Counted from the whole stretch's first letter, positions 50,760 to 63,185 are shown. The stretch is 63,377 nt of DNA, filler included, from Phoronis australis (GCA_002633005.1; 7 parts of 7 records of this genome joined end to end with filler, not necessarily neighbours in it); one strand, 5' to 3'. The notes: generated from the sequence alone by a model not told the origin. Program-made: numbers and translations.

Positions 50760-51233
50760 GTTTACCAAGTGCCTTCAGGGAAATTTCTTACTCGTGACAA
50801 GTATTGGGGTCGTAGAATCAAGGGGGACGATTTCATGGAAGCATTAAACAATTTTTTCTACAACGGCATCTGTTACCGCACTGACGTGTTGGAGCCAATG
50901 ATAGAGAGGCTGACGGCATTTAAGGAAATGGTGGAAAGACAGCATACATTCCGGTTTTATTCCAGTTCACTGCTAGTCATGTACGATGGGAAATCTACAG
51001 GGGAGACAATGAGTGAGACAAATTCTGTGCCTTGTGAAAATGCATCAAGTGGACTGCCGAGTACATCGCAAAGAATGGTGGATGTGCGCATGATTGACTT
51101 TGAGCACAGCACATTCCAGGGCTTTTGTGAAGGGGCCACGGTGCACCCTGGCCCCGATCAAGGCTACCTGTTCGGGCTAAATAACCTCATTAAAGCACTG
51201 CAAGATATCAGACGTAAGAATACAGCGTCATAG
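50760..51233 (+). CDS. IP6K: IP6K last exon
   Basis: VYQ..DKYWGR..FRFYSSSLLVMYDG..VDVRMIDFEHST..GPDQGYLFGLNNLI..*; SSLL and IDF motifs. Confidence 0.96.
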   Translation, partial: VYQVPSGKFLTRDKYWGRRIKGDDFMEALNNFFYNGICYRTDVLEPMIERLTAFKEMVERQHTFRFYSSSLLVMYDGKSTGETMSETNSVPCENASSGLPSTSQRMVDVRMIDFEHSTFQGFCEGATVHPGPDQGYLFGLNNLIKALQDIRRKNTAS

Positions 51234-51619
51234 CTCATCGTTGAGCTGCTGTTAATGGGAGTGTCTGAATATAATTTGTGCTTCTTGTATCCAGTGGGTT
51301 ACATTTACCTGTGGAGCAGACGTCCACAAAGCTGACTGGTCACATGACGATGCTTGCTGCCACCTACCTGTGTTGGAAGGTACTTCTAATTTGCTGGTGT
51401 ATAAAATACAAAATTAGGCATGTTGCCACTAGAGGGCAGTAAAGGCTGTCGTCCTCATCATTGCTTTGTGGCCGTCTGCCACGAAAGCTTCAAAGGGTAT
51501 TTCCTGATGCTTGCCTTGAAATGTTTATTTTCCTTGTATTGTATTGTCCACATAATGCTGTTCCTTAAAAATGATGGTTTGGACTGAACACTGCGCGTTT
51601 ATTGTATGTCCGTTTGAAA

Positions 51620-51719
51620 NNNNNNNNNNNNNNNNNNNNNNNNNNNNNNNNNNNNNNNNNNNNTTAATTAATTAANNNNNNNNNNNNNNNNNNNNNNNNN
51701 NNNNNNNNNNNNNNNNNNN
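51620..51719. other. Artificial contig linker
   Basis: 44 N + TTAATTAATTAA + 44 N. Confidence 0.99.
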
Positions 51720-51975
51720 TGTATGTATGAATGTATGTATGCATGTATGTATGAATGTATGTATGCATGAATGTATGTACAGTATGTATGTATGAATGTA
51801 TGTATGCATGTATGTATGAATGTATGTATGCATGAATGTATGTATGTATGTGTGTATGCATGTATGAATGAATGTATGCATGCATGTATGTATGAATGTA
51901 CGTATGTTGTATGTATATACGGTATGTATGTATGTAAATGTGCGAGTGTGTATGTGTGCGTGAATGCATGTATGT
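51720..51975. repeat. (TATG)n compound microsatellite
   Basis: TGTATGTATGAATGTATGTATGCA runs. Confidence 0.97.
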
Positions 51976-53713
51976 AGCCTACTGTATGTATCATGTCACA
52001 AAGCCAAAGTAAAATAGCGCCAGGGGAAATTAGTGACATTCGGCTGAAAAGATGCAGAGGAAAAATATGAATGTCAATTGAAACACCAATACATCTGGCA
52101 AATTTAAAAAATCTAAAACAGGGCACCCTGAAAAATAAATCGAATTAAGATGAAATTTATGAACGTCATACTTATCGGACTAAATCGATCTTCAGACGAG
52201 TTATGTGGAATTATATTTTGGCACGAGAAAAAAATAAAACATGCGACCCACTTTACAGACTTCTTAGCCTTCGATAAAAACTACCACACCTTTCTATTCA
52301 CTGAAACTCCTGAAGTAAACTCTGACTGTCACAGAGTGTAAATTAGTCGGTCTATTGCATAACTTTAAGAAGTAGTTCACTTCAGTTTCTTGGGAGACAA
52401 GTACGTAGAACTGTTACTATAATACCCTTCGTTTTTGCAACTTGCCGCGGCATTTGATCGAATAGCCGTTTATGCTGTTGTTAATTTCATTGAGATTAAG
52501 ATTTAGATTTTACTCAGACAGGGCTCACATGTTCTATGCTGTACCATTTCAGTTATTACAGTACTCAAAAATACGAGAAACGTGAACCTCGTTGTTTCTA
52601 GCTGGACCGGCGAACCACTTCGATAACTAACCCGCTATCGCATTATCGGCAAGAAACGCACGTGATTTTCCGAAATGTGCCTCAGCGCAGAGAACCTGCA
52701 ACCGTCGCGGCTGTCGTGTCGGTCGCAGCCTGAACGCTCTAGTCTTCTGGCGGACCCACCTGGTACATTGGGAGTTGAATTCCTTCCGTATGGGTAGCGC
52801 GTTCATCTACGCCTGAACGTATTTAATATCGCGTAAACTCGCAGTGGTTTGAGCTCTGGGGACTCCTGTTTGGGAAACTTGATATCAGTAGCTGACAATC
52901 GAGCATTGCACATGGGTGCCTCCTACTCCTCTGAGCTCGGCCTTATACTAGTGAATGTATGCAAGGGAGTGAATAAGAACCCGGACTGTGCAAATATTAG
53001 CATGGGCGGCGCAGCACTGAAAAAAGCAGAGGGCTATAGCCCCCCAGCCCGCTATGGTGTGACGCCCATATAAATTAGTAGGGGCCTACTCGCTTTGTAG
53101 ATGTGCGTAGGATGTCGCTCGTTTGTCTTTAGTTTATATGGTATATAGTTTCTCGGGTTTTAAACCGTGGACTTTTTCAGATTAGGTTTTTACATGCTTT
53201 CATTCGTTTTTCTTTATATATAGACCTACCAGGGTAGAGTTCAGTAGCCGTCTCGGAGCTAAAAAATTAGTCAACATCACGTGTTCTCATTTAAAATACA
53301 CGGCAATAGCTCACGTGATCTCTCGAAGTCTTGCTTTTTAAAGTGGTTCTCGTCTAGGTCTTCAGTAATCAACGGTACTATATAGTCACTGCCAAGGATT
53401 ATGAATTCTGGGTATAGGCCTACATCGAGTCCCTGTTAGATGGATATTTATCATAGCATCAGTTGTTTTATAATGGGTTAAAAAAGGAAAGCCCAAACAG
53501 GTTGAAAGCAGTCCTGAAATTGTCAGCTCACCACACCATTAACATATCAAATATTAAAAATAATTGCAGGCGGTCTGATACATGTTGTACCAGACGTCCG
53601 CAGGCCTCGCATGTGGGCCCATTGCACTGATCACCTGGAAATATTTTTATGCTTTATTAATATATGGTTAAAACCGACCTGAGGAGCTAGAAACCTGGCT
53701 CAAGGGTTTAGCA

Positions 53714-53790
53714 GTGTGACCTGGTGGGACTTGAACCCACGACCTCGAGTAAAGAAAGCGGGCACTTATCAACCAGGCCACACTGCCTCC
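53714..53790 (-). mobile_element. tRNA-derived SINE head
   Basis: Minus strand GTGGCCTGGTTGATAAG (A box) .. GGTTCAAGTCC (B box). Confidence 0.65.
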
Positions 53791-56289
53791 TCCATCAGTC
53801 AAACGGTTCTCCTCTTGTCATTTCTCATTGCATTAGTCCGAGTCGGATTAAAGAGCGTTTGTTTCGTCAAGTCACCGGCTTTGCTTTCAGCACTCCCTGC
53901 AAACCTGTTTGTAAAAGAATCATAAAAACAACGGATTCTGTTGTTTTGTTGCTGGTCAAGCAGGGCTCTCGCTCACTTGAGAGGAAAAGTGCCTCAGTAT
54001 AGGTCTCCTGAGGGGGGATTTTTCAGTCGAGAGGAGAAAATCCTTTACCGCCAATTCTACGCTTCTGTCGTTACCTCTCATTAGCTGCCTCAAAAACTTA
54101 CTGCAGAAGTGATTTTAACCGGCCTTGGCGGGATTCTTCATCACAAGCGGACTTTGAACTTCATGAGAGGAATTTCGCCTAATTTTTAAATATCCTTCAT
54201 TGGTGAAAGAGGCCTTCGTCCCCAAACCTGAAGCATCCAGTTCTCTGGAATCAGGAGTCGGTCCGATTCAGCAATCATCACCAAAGAGTTTTCGGTAGTA
54301 AAACCGGTACTGTTCCTTTAAGCCCGGCTGCAGCAGGGCAATTTTATATGTCTACCTTTAGTACACAGGGATGAACCTGCTATCGGGTAATCGGAGGTAA
54401 GCTGCGGTGCCAGGGTGTAATCTTTCCACCGCGACTCGAAGTATTTACATTTTTCGTCCTACTTCCGTGCGAACTCAAGATAAGGGCCTATAGCTGAAAT
54501 GTCAGGGTTATCAAGTACAAACCAAGATTAGACAGTCAAGCACGCGAAGCGTAATGTACTCTGGCAAGAATACGAAAAAAAAAAACGTATCTTCACTGGA
54601 CAAACGTAGGCCTAGCAGGCTGTGGAAACGATCCAACTTTCTGACGTAGATCAACTGCAAACGAACTTAACTTAATGAACAGATCTCAGTAGCTCTGGGC
54701 CCTCGGCGGGAGATGCGGAGTGACTTACTTGGATTCGTGCTAAAATGTCACTGCTGCGACTTCCAACGATTAGTCATGTGCATTACGGTATTATTTCAGT
54801 GACACAAAAACAATACGAATGTTTGTGCTTCGTAAATTATCATTTCTAAAAAGAACGCTTCAATCAAACATTAGAAATAAAAAGTTATATGCCTGGATGA
54901 CGTTTTAAAACAAATTACAAGGTATTGTCTGTTTAAAAGTTCTTGTGTTCAAAATTTACCCTAAGTTTCCATCGTTTTGTACTACCATAAATTTTTTCCG
55001 TCATCGCTGTGTTTCACAGAGAACCTCAGCTCTTTCAGTTTCGTGGACTCACAAGAAAACCAGCGTGATCACGCGTCTTCCTTAAAATATAGCGATATCT
55101 CGCAAATTTGGGAGTGCTTGCTTTTCTCGCAAGGAACTAGGTCTACGCAACGCACGCCTAATCCGAGTGCAGGAGCACGTTGAGGGCAGTCAAAAGTTAC
55201 CGTTTTTTGACAAATGGCGGGTATACAACAGTCTACAGCAGCTCTAATACTTAGATAATTAAAAAATCTTAAGCCCGTCTTAGTTTCTCTTAAACGAGTT
55301 GGGTGACCATTTGAATTCAGATTACTTATCTTTTTATAAATAAGAAATGATTGTTGACTCCGGCATTTATAGATTACATTTGTCCCAGGGCAGCCTAGGC
55401 AAACCCAGAATCTGTTATGTTACAAAACAGCAAGGCTAAAAATAGAACTTAAATGAGATTATCTCCACCAACGAACACAGGTTAGTGGGTCGAGGTCATG
55501 CAAATATTTTAAAGGGTGGATGCGTCAACAATTAAAGGTGAATGTCTTATAGGGCATTCTCCTTGTTTGAAACATTCCAGTGATCACTGAGTTATCTAGA
55601 GGTAAAATATGCGTGAAACCGAATGGACAGAGTTCACGTTGGACTTTACCTATGGACAAGAGTAAAACATTTGTTTTGAAAATTGTGAAATGTAAAATCA
55701 AATTACCCCACCAGCTTCCCCAATTATATCTCCTACAATTGTCCCGGTTGACAAAAGGTCGACAACCTTGTAACATGTTTCACAGACGCACACCTGGTCT
55801 CTATCTTCGCTTCCTTCAGCCTTCCACACCTAAACTCCGAATGCTTCATGTTAAATAATACCAACATTATTGTTGTCCAAATTACAAAGACCTAGAGTCA
55901 TAAATCTTCACCTGAGTTGGTGGAATTATTTATAAAAAAACAAAAGGAAGCACTTTGTTTAACATGTTTATTTTTCAATAAATTGATTCCTTACACCAAC
56001 AACCTACAGGAAAAAACTGAGTACATAATAATGTTTTAAACATAAAATCCAACACTAACTGGCAAGGAATGTCTTTAAGACTATACAATCAACAGCCTCA
56101 GGCTCAACCAAAGGCTGTTTCTCTATCTCAAAATACCAACATAACAGAGATCATTTACTTGTTACACAGAGAACCCAATTTTCTGTTGTAGCAGAAAATA
56201 AGCAGAATTTATAATGAATCCGACTACCTTGGTTGAGTTAAAAGTTTGGAATGGAATTCACATATTTCAATAATACCAGTAGATGGCGT

Positions 56290-56389
56290 NNNNNNNNNNN
56301 NNNNNNNNNNNNNNNNNNNNNNNNNNNNNNNNNTTAATTAATTAANNNNNNNNNNNNNNNNNNNNNNNNNNNNNNNNNNNNNNNNNNNN
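56290..56389. other. Artificial contig linker
   Basis: 44 N + TTAATTAATTAA + 44 N. Confidence 0.99.
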
Positions 56390-56719
56390 AGACGACGATA
56401 GGCAAACAATGAGCTTAACATTTCATTAAATTTGTGCACTTTTGACTTCAACGTAGTCAGAGAAATGCTTTTAACATTTTGTAAAAACTACGTTTACATA
56501 TTGTAGGAACTAAATTTACACTTTTAATGGATATAGAGAAAAAAGCAGAAGTTTTCGTTGGTCACAGCGAAATTTTCCGCGACACCTGGTAGTGAGTGTC
56601 GACCCAGGAAAAAACATCCGGCAATTTGTCTAAGTCCCGGTTCCACGTGTCACAGATTGAAACCAGTCTTCACTATAATGAATAAAATCCTAATTGGTGT
56701 ACTTTTTGTTATTCTGCAG

Positions 56720-56758
56720 GGTTGTGTGATAAGGCAGCTGGTAAAAAGGGGACCATAT
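56720..56758 (+). CDS. KIF28: Kinesin-3 (KIF28/KLP-6-like) 39-nt micro-exon
   Basis: TTCTGCAG acceptor, T|GTAAGT donor; LCDKAAGKKGTI(L) joins in frame to PFRDS. Confidence 0.75.
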
Positions 56759-57034
56759 GTAAGTATGACTCCTTTTCAGCAGTAACAACTGATCCTCGTC
56801 TACCACGTAGGAAAAGTTTAAGCCACCCGTTGGCATTTTTCAAATATGATGATTAATGTTATCAAATGCATTCACATTATCTACAAATTTGTACTTGCGT
56901 TTCCAATTTCTCGAACCACTTGAAATATTGTGTCAACCAAAGAACTTTTAAACACGATAAATGCGTACACTACATTAGTCACAAATCATAAATTATGTTT
57001 AGTAGATCGTATAGGCTTCCTCTTTATGTTTTAG

Positions 57035-57166
57035 TACCATTCCGTGACTCCAAGTTGACCATGTTGCTGCAGAATGCTCTTGGCGGCAACAGCAAGACCA
57101 TCATGATAGCCGCCATAAGTCCTGCAGCTGAGAACTACGACCAGACGCTTTCAACACTACGCTATG
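57035..57166 (+). CDS. KIF28: Kinesin-3 motor domain C-terminal exon
   Basis: [43 protein letters not shown](A); G|GTATGT donor. Confidence 0.93.
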
Positions 57167-57911
57167 GTATGTAGATGAACCAGTCCAGAAAATTTACTTT
57201 ATGTTCGTCATATGATAAAAGGTGCCTCTCAAGATCAATTTAAAGAGATGGAAAGGAAAATGCAAGTTGGCGAAATAAAGATGACTTATTATAATGGCAA
57301 ATACTGGTAAAGTATACAGTAGGAACAATAATACAAAAATAGACAAATAGAAATCTCTGACATCAATGAAAAGTGACACGAGAGTTTTGCAAAACAGTTC
57401 ATTTTCTATGCGCCGTGATCTTAGGTTCATTTTACGGCAATTCCCGTTCGAATGCGTACACAACGTTCTTAAGTAAATCCCAGAAGCTAGCATTGTGCTA
57501 TCTGCATATTCCTAAAATCCCGTGATGGGTGGGATCATTTGTTTGTTGTCCTAAACTGTGGGTTAGGATGCCCAGTACTGCCAACTAGCTCTTTATACTA
57601 AAGATTTTCACGTTAATATCTATAACATTACCTTAAGACCTTACTGAACAGTACGATCCAGATTTTTCAAAGGACAGCAAATAACAAAACCCATTGCATA
57701 AGCTAAAATACTCTTAAGTGAATAAATGTGATCTCAGCACTATTTCCAAAAGCCATTGTAAGTGCATCTTTCTTACAGAGACCGAGTTGTGATTTCAAGA
57801 ACATAGGTACATGTACATGTTTTGTATTACCTTCTTCGAGGTATAGAAGTCTCTGTTTGATATCAATATTCTTTGCTTTAGTTCTTGATAGTTTTTTTTT
57901 TGCGTTTCAAG

Positions 57912-58070
57912 CTGACCGGGCCAAGTCTATCGTTACAAAGGCTAAGGTGAACGAGTCGGAGACGGACAAGCTAATAAAAGATTTAATAGCAGAGAAAGAA
58001 AGACTGTTGAAAGAGCTAAGTGAAGCTAAAACTGGGACGAACAAAAGTGCGAAATGGATCAACACCGCCG
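57912..58070 (+). CDS. KIF28: Kinesin-3 neck exon
   Basis: DRAKSIVTKAKVNESETDKLIKDLIAEKERLLKEL..; TTTCAAG acceptor, G|GTAATA donor. Confidence 0.9.
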
Positions 58071-58945
58071 GTAATACATTAACAAAGTTGGCAGCTGGTT
58101 TCATTGTCACAGTGTCTTCAAGCTGGAAAAATCGCAGTTTCAGGAAAATATATGAAGCTACCAGTGCAGGAGTAAGGTTTTGCGACCCCTAAGTTATCAA
58201 AAGAATGGAGCGTCCAAGAGATTGAGCCGCCCATGGCAGTCTCAATTTTTTCATCCACAACTTTCCCCTGTCGCCACAGTGTCTTATCTAGACGCCCTGG
58301 TCGACACTAGCGGTCCTCACAATATCCGAATCCTCCGTGGTGTCACAAGTTATCACCTCTGGTCAACGAATTTCGAGGGTCCTGTTGGCACGAGGCAGGG
58401 GTTCCAATTTTGTGAGGGACCCTACGCTATACCCTTTTAGCTTAATTGTTAACCTGACATTGCAAATGACAAAGTAGCACGCTCTGATACAGTAAAGGAA
58501 ATTCAGACGTGCGTGTTGATATTCGTTTTTCACTGTGTGCATCAAAACTAGTAAGTTACGGTGAGATGTTACAATCGAGAAATTTGCATAATATTCTGCT
58601 TAGTTAAGCTGAGAACCTAAAAATGCTGTTATGCATTAAGATATCGTGTAGTATAATCCCCTTGTTTTATTCGTAAACCTAGAAGCAATGATCTCCTTTC
58701 TGGGTTATCTGTACTATTTCATGGAATAAAGATTTTTGACTGACTGACGCTGAAATGCGTTCATGCGTTTTACCAGCAATAATTATCATACAACCTTTTT
58801 GCAGTTTATCCTCATACGTTATTTGTTTGTGTTTTGCAAAGTGAAATTTTGTGTTGGAAAGTGTCTAAATTATGTCGAGAATAATGCGACGAGTGAATGA
58901 ACATAGTTTCGTTAAAAACAAACTAATTCTGATTTTGGTTTTCAG

Positions 58946-59061
58946 AGCTTGCATTATTGAAAGCAGAAAAAGAACGAGAAATAGCCAGACATAAAGAAGA
59001 AATCGCAAACATGAACAAAACCTGGGAGATCAGACTTCAAGAAGCGAGAGCGGAAATGGAG
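58946..59061 (+). CDS. KIF28: Kinesin-3 coiled-coil exon
   Basis: LALLKAEKEREIARHKEEIANMNKTWEIRLQEARAEME; TWE.RL motif; TTTTCAG acceptor, GAG|GTGATT donor. Confidence 0.88.
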
Positions 59062-59505
59062 GTGATTGGGTCGGGCTCAAGTTATGATTTACGAATGTGA
59101 AAAGTTTATTTTTAAAACGAGAATCTTAATTAGGAAACCACGGTTGCTAGATTTGTGCTGGCTTCCCACGTTCCATAAATTAAGATTCTCACAAGACACT
59201 TGCGGGACAAATATTTGGTTTATAAAACAAACGTTTTAACGCTTGCTGGATTTTGCGTGGTCTTGAGTAATTTCGTTTTTCTCTCTAGAAACTTGCTACA
59301 AGGAACGAACCCTTGTATATGGCAAATTTGATTTTTTGAACCTCTGGTTCTTCAAACACGTCTGCAATATTTCTTCTGTCAAAGTTAGTTGTTACAGCTA
59401 TATGGTCATACAAAACCTATTGTATGTACACGACTTTCTGTTGGTTTGTGGTGTGAATTTTAGGCAAAAGTAGTTGATTGTCCTAATCCTGATTTTTGGT
59501 TACAG

Positions 59506-59626
59506 AAGTCTAAAGCAGACGACATTAAGGAGTCTAAACAAAAGGGCAGCATACCTCACTTGTGGAACCTCAACGAAGATCCGTCATTGTTGGGCAAAAT
59601 CATGCACTTCATAAAGGAAGAAGAGG
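59506..59626 (+). CDS. KIF28: Kinesin-3 pre-FHA exon
   Basis: KSKADDIKESKQKGSIPHLWNLNEDPSLLGKIMHFIKEEE; PHLxNLNEDP is the kinesin-3 signature; subfamily call from recall. Confidence 0.9.
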
Positions 59627-59897
59627 GTACCGTCATGTGAAATTTCTTTTCGAGCAACTTGTATCTTATGTCTTTGTAGTAGACTAGATTTTGTCCTGGC
59701 AAAAGCTGGGTGCTAAACTTCTCTACACCACACGTTTTGCTTAGTTGAGACTGCGTTCTGTAAACTCACTCGCGAGAAAAAGCAAGATCGTGCGAGATAA
59801 GCCATGCACCATAAGCGAAGCATGTTATCACATTTAGCTTTAGTAGCATGCGTCTACCGGGTGAAACATTGCCTGGGTTGTTAATTGTTTTCAATAT

Positions 59898-59997
59898 NNN
59901 NNNNNNNNNNNNNNNNNNNNNNNNNNNNNNNNNNNNNNNNNTTAATTAATTAANNNNNNNNNNNNNNNNNNNNNNNNNNNNNNNNNNNNNNNNNNNN
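59898..59997. other. Artificial contig linker
   Basis: 44 N + TTAATTAATTAA + 44 N. Confidence 0.99.
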
Positions 59998-60229
59998 ATA
60001 ATTGTTAAACAAAACAGGATGTATTTATAGCACATTAACATTCATTGAAGCTGTTACTATGTATGTTACCAAGACATTTTTTGTAAATTATCCCAAAAAG
60101 TTCAACAAGATGTTGGATGTTAACCGAAATAGTTCAGGACACACCCAACAACATATTTAATGTGACGAAAAAAATAAGTTTCCTAATTTTGAATAGGAAC
60201 ATTGCTTTTGAATAAAGACGATATCCTGA

Positions 60230-60690
60230 GGTAGTTAATCGATGGCGACTTAATCATATTTCCATATGGTTCATGTGGTGTCTTGTTCTTCAACCGGTTT
60301 GTTAAGTTTTAGAGTGATTACGACTGTGTGGTGATCAAAATTGCCAACAGAATGTAGTACAGAACATGATTCAATGATACTCAAATTGTTTGTTATGCAG
60401 AGATCAATACATGATTGAGAAATCTCGGCCATGCTCATTGGCGCATGAAGTAGATGTATGTAAGTTGAATAAAAAGTAAGATGTAGTCCAGCTGTATCGT
60501 CATGACCATCACAGTACCATGCAGGTGGCTGAGTTTCGGGCACCATTTATGATTCTAAACGCTATTGGGCTTAGCTAGAGCTTTGAAATAATGTTTTCTT
60601 TCATCTGGTGACTGAGGTGATCGGTAAATCAACCTATGATGAAAGTTTCTGTGACCGAAATCAATTTCGATCCAGTAGTTTCATAACTGG
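60230..60690 (-). mobile_element. Decayed LINE apurinic-endonuclease fragment
   Basis: WIEIDFGHRNF..IYRSP upstream of SCIDLCITNN..VGNFDHHTVVITL (APE C-terminal IDL / xDH motifs), with stops. Confidence 0.7.
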
Positions 60691-61399
60691 GGACAAGTTA
60701 AAATGGGACAAAATTTAAATATGAGTGTGTTTATTGTGAACAGGGTGATGTCAGAGCCACGATATACTGTGACAGCTAGTGTTATGTAATCATCTCTCAG
60801 GGGATTTTGGATGTGTCACTTCCTGGTCAAATCAAGACTGAAAACATGTTTTTCTTCACAGCCAGTCTTATACGAGGTGATGTGGGGCACCTATGACGAT
60901 GTTAAAAAGACTAATTAATTCAGGTGGAATTCTGTTTTAATGCTGCTTCGTGACGCAATTTTCTACAAATCCATGAAAATCGGCGTGTTTTTTGAAACCA
61001 CTTCACCCATTCTTTTTTTTGTTTCCATCATCACATTCCATTGCTGACAGATAAATCTCTAAGTCCACCTGATCGAATCTTCGAAACCGCGCGTTTTTAT
61101 TTTTCGTATCTGAGCAGTGAAAAGCAAGGAGTGTACATTATGGAATAGTCCAGTCAATGAGCTAGCTATCTTGTAGAGTTCACTACGCCATCTTGCCATT
61201 CCGAACGCGGCAATGGTTATCCGTAGAAAAGTTAGCGCCCCACTGAACCATAACACTGATCGATAAGTTCATACTTCAATGATGTTCGATGTGCAATAAA
61301 ATTACTGTGTGATTGAAAATGCCCATAACCAGTTTTGTTTATAGATATCCGAAATTATTAAACTCAGTCATAGCCGCTGATTCCCGACTTGAACTCATG

Positions 61400-61730
61400 C
61401 TCTTCTCCGACCAGCACCATTTAACAAGTATTTAATTTTTCCTACCTAAGGAGAGGTATATATATTTGCCTCAGACATGTATTTGAATAATCTAAACATT
61501 GTACAAGAAAGTTTTGACGCTTTTCCATTTTTCAATCTTAAATTCAACATTCGTGATCGATCATTTTTTCAATTTATGTCTACCCAATTAATTCACCAAG
61601 TACTTTACAATTTGCTGTATTTTTATTCAGTTTTAGAATGCTTTTACCGAATTCCATGTAAAAGGTCTCCAGTGCTTCACAATTTTCATGTCCCAAACTT
61701 CTGAACCGTATAAAAGAATTGGTGCTTGGC
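61400..61730 (-). mobile_element. Decayed LINE ORF2 C-terminal fragment (RTE-X/L2-like)
   Basis: PILLYGSEVW, frameshift, HENCEALETFYMEFGKSILKLNKNTANCKVLGEL. Confidence 0.7.
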
Positions 61731-62149
61731 AGAGACCGTCTTTTTGCTTGGCATGTGCCCCCCGAAAAGCAAATTCAGTAATCCCGTCATGCCTTGTAAA
61801 CCAGGAAGTAAAAGTTTTGCGGCTGCGCACATTAAACATGTGAAATGTATTCATTTGTTTCAAAACACTGTCAAGAGTTGTTCTTAACTGTAGTGTTGTA
61901 ATTATTTATTTCATCAGTTTCTGTACTCGTGAGTAATTGTGAATTTTGTTCCCCTTCTCTTTTCAAAATGTTGATTGGCTATAATTTGGGGTTGGTTGAG
62001 TAAAATTTCAACGCTTGAATGAATCGGTGTATGACTAGTCCGTGAATAACATTCAATGAAGCTTGTGGGCTTGGTACCTTTGCGTAGTGTGTTTTCATCA
62101 ATGTTCATTGTTATACACGGAAAAGGTTTAGGGAGGTTTTATATGGTTG

Positions 62150-62916
62150 CANCTGGTCTGCTTCGTCTCTGGTCAGGGTTTCGACTGCAGTGGGTGGAGC
62201 ATGGCTCTCAAATGCCCCCAAGAAGAGTGGTGACATCCTATTTGGTCGTGGGCTCTACCATTGTTTGGTACCAATCAAAGTTTTGCAGGGACCGAGACTT
62301 GAACTATACAATATTAGCAGTTGGCATTGTAGTAATACTAGCCGAGATTACCCGACCCAGGAATCGAACCAGCGACCCCCATAAAACCGGCAAGCGTGCT
62401 AACCATTCAGCTAATGGGCAATTGCCCGTTAGCGAGTGGCTAACAGAGGCTCATATATGATTTACCGGAAGCACGTCTACAACATCCCCCCTTTCTTACG
62501 GAACGGGCATGCCACCAGGAAGGTGAACACCAGGATGCCATACGTAGGTCATCAACGTCCCTTGGTACTTTTACCACCACAACACAGAGGTGAACACAAG
62601 GTGTTCTCTCATACACAGGTCCTTGACTCCTGCAACCTTCCATGCGCGCCGTCCCGAGGTCCGCAGGTACTTGTTCGCAGTGCTTCATTGGTAGATCATC
62701 CATTTGCAGACTACACCATTTGTAGGAATAGCCGAGATTACCAGACCTGGGAATCGAATCAGCGACCCCCATAAAACTGGCAAGCGTGCTAACCATTCAG
62801 CTAATAGACAATTGCCCGTTAGCGAATGGCTAACAGAGGCTCATATGTGATTCACCGGAAGCACGTCTACAACAACACCATGATAGCCGAGCTTTCAAAC
62901 CATTCAGTTAAGAAGC
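62150..62916 (-). mobile_element. tRNA-derived SINE split by the TRIM insertion
   Basis: A box TAACTGAATGG (62900-62910) and B box AGTTCAAGTCT (62295-62305) lie either side of the TRIM; 3' boundary approximate. Confidence 0.55.
62328..62874 (-). mobile_element. TRIM (miniature LTR retrotransposon) with tRNA-like Pol III promoter in both LTRs (Helenus-type)
   Basis: LTRs 62721-62874 and 62328-62484 (TGT..ACA, about 11 substitutions + one 3-bp indel); PBS TGGTGTAGTCTGCA 2 nt after the 5' LTR; PPT AAGAAAGGGGGA abutting the 3' LTR; A box TAGCTGAATGG and B box GGTTCGATTCC inside the LTR. Confidence 0.88.
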
Positions 62917-63185
62917 AGTTACCACTTGGAAAAATTTAGGGCTCGACTTTACGTGGCTGTGTGTCACACCCGCAACGGGCCAGAAGTCACGTGCCACGTC
63001 AAGTGTGAAGGAAATATCGGGAAGAACTCGCGTGAAGTTTGGAGATAATTTACGACGGTCAAGCAAAATAGTCTGAGTCAAACTTTACTCATTGTTCTTG
63101 CGCAGTCAGACCAACTTTGTTCCACTCACTAGTCTGAAGGTCTTTTCAAGCGTATTGACTTTAATACCTTATTCAATTTAGGTCA

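Noticed and set aside
51664-52126. His/Thr/Tyr-rich ORFs
   Set aside because: Translations of a (TATG)n microsatellite that run into the N linker
55560-55800. Possible C-terminal fragment of a DNA transposase (CVKPNGQSSRWTLP)
   Set aside because: Too short and degenerate to support without a profile search
21978-59626. EMC8-IP6K-kinesin as a gene cluster or functional system
   Set aside because: The genes lie on different contigs separated by artificial linkers
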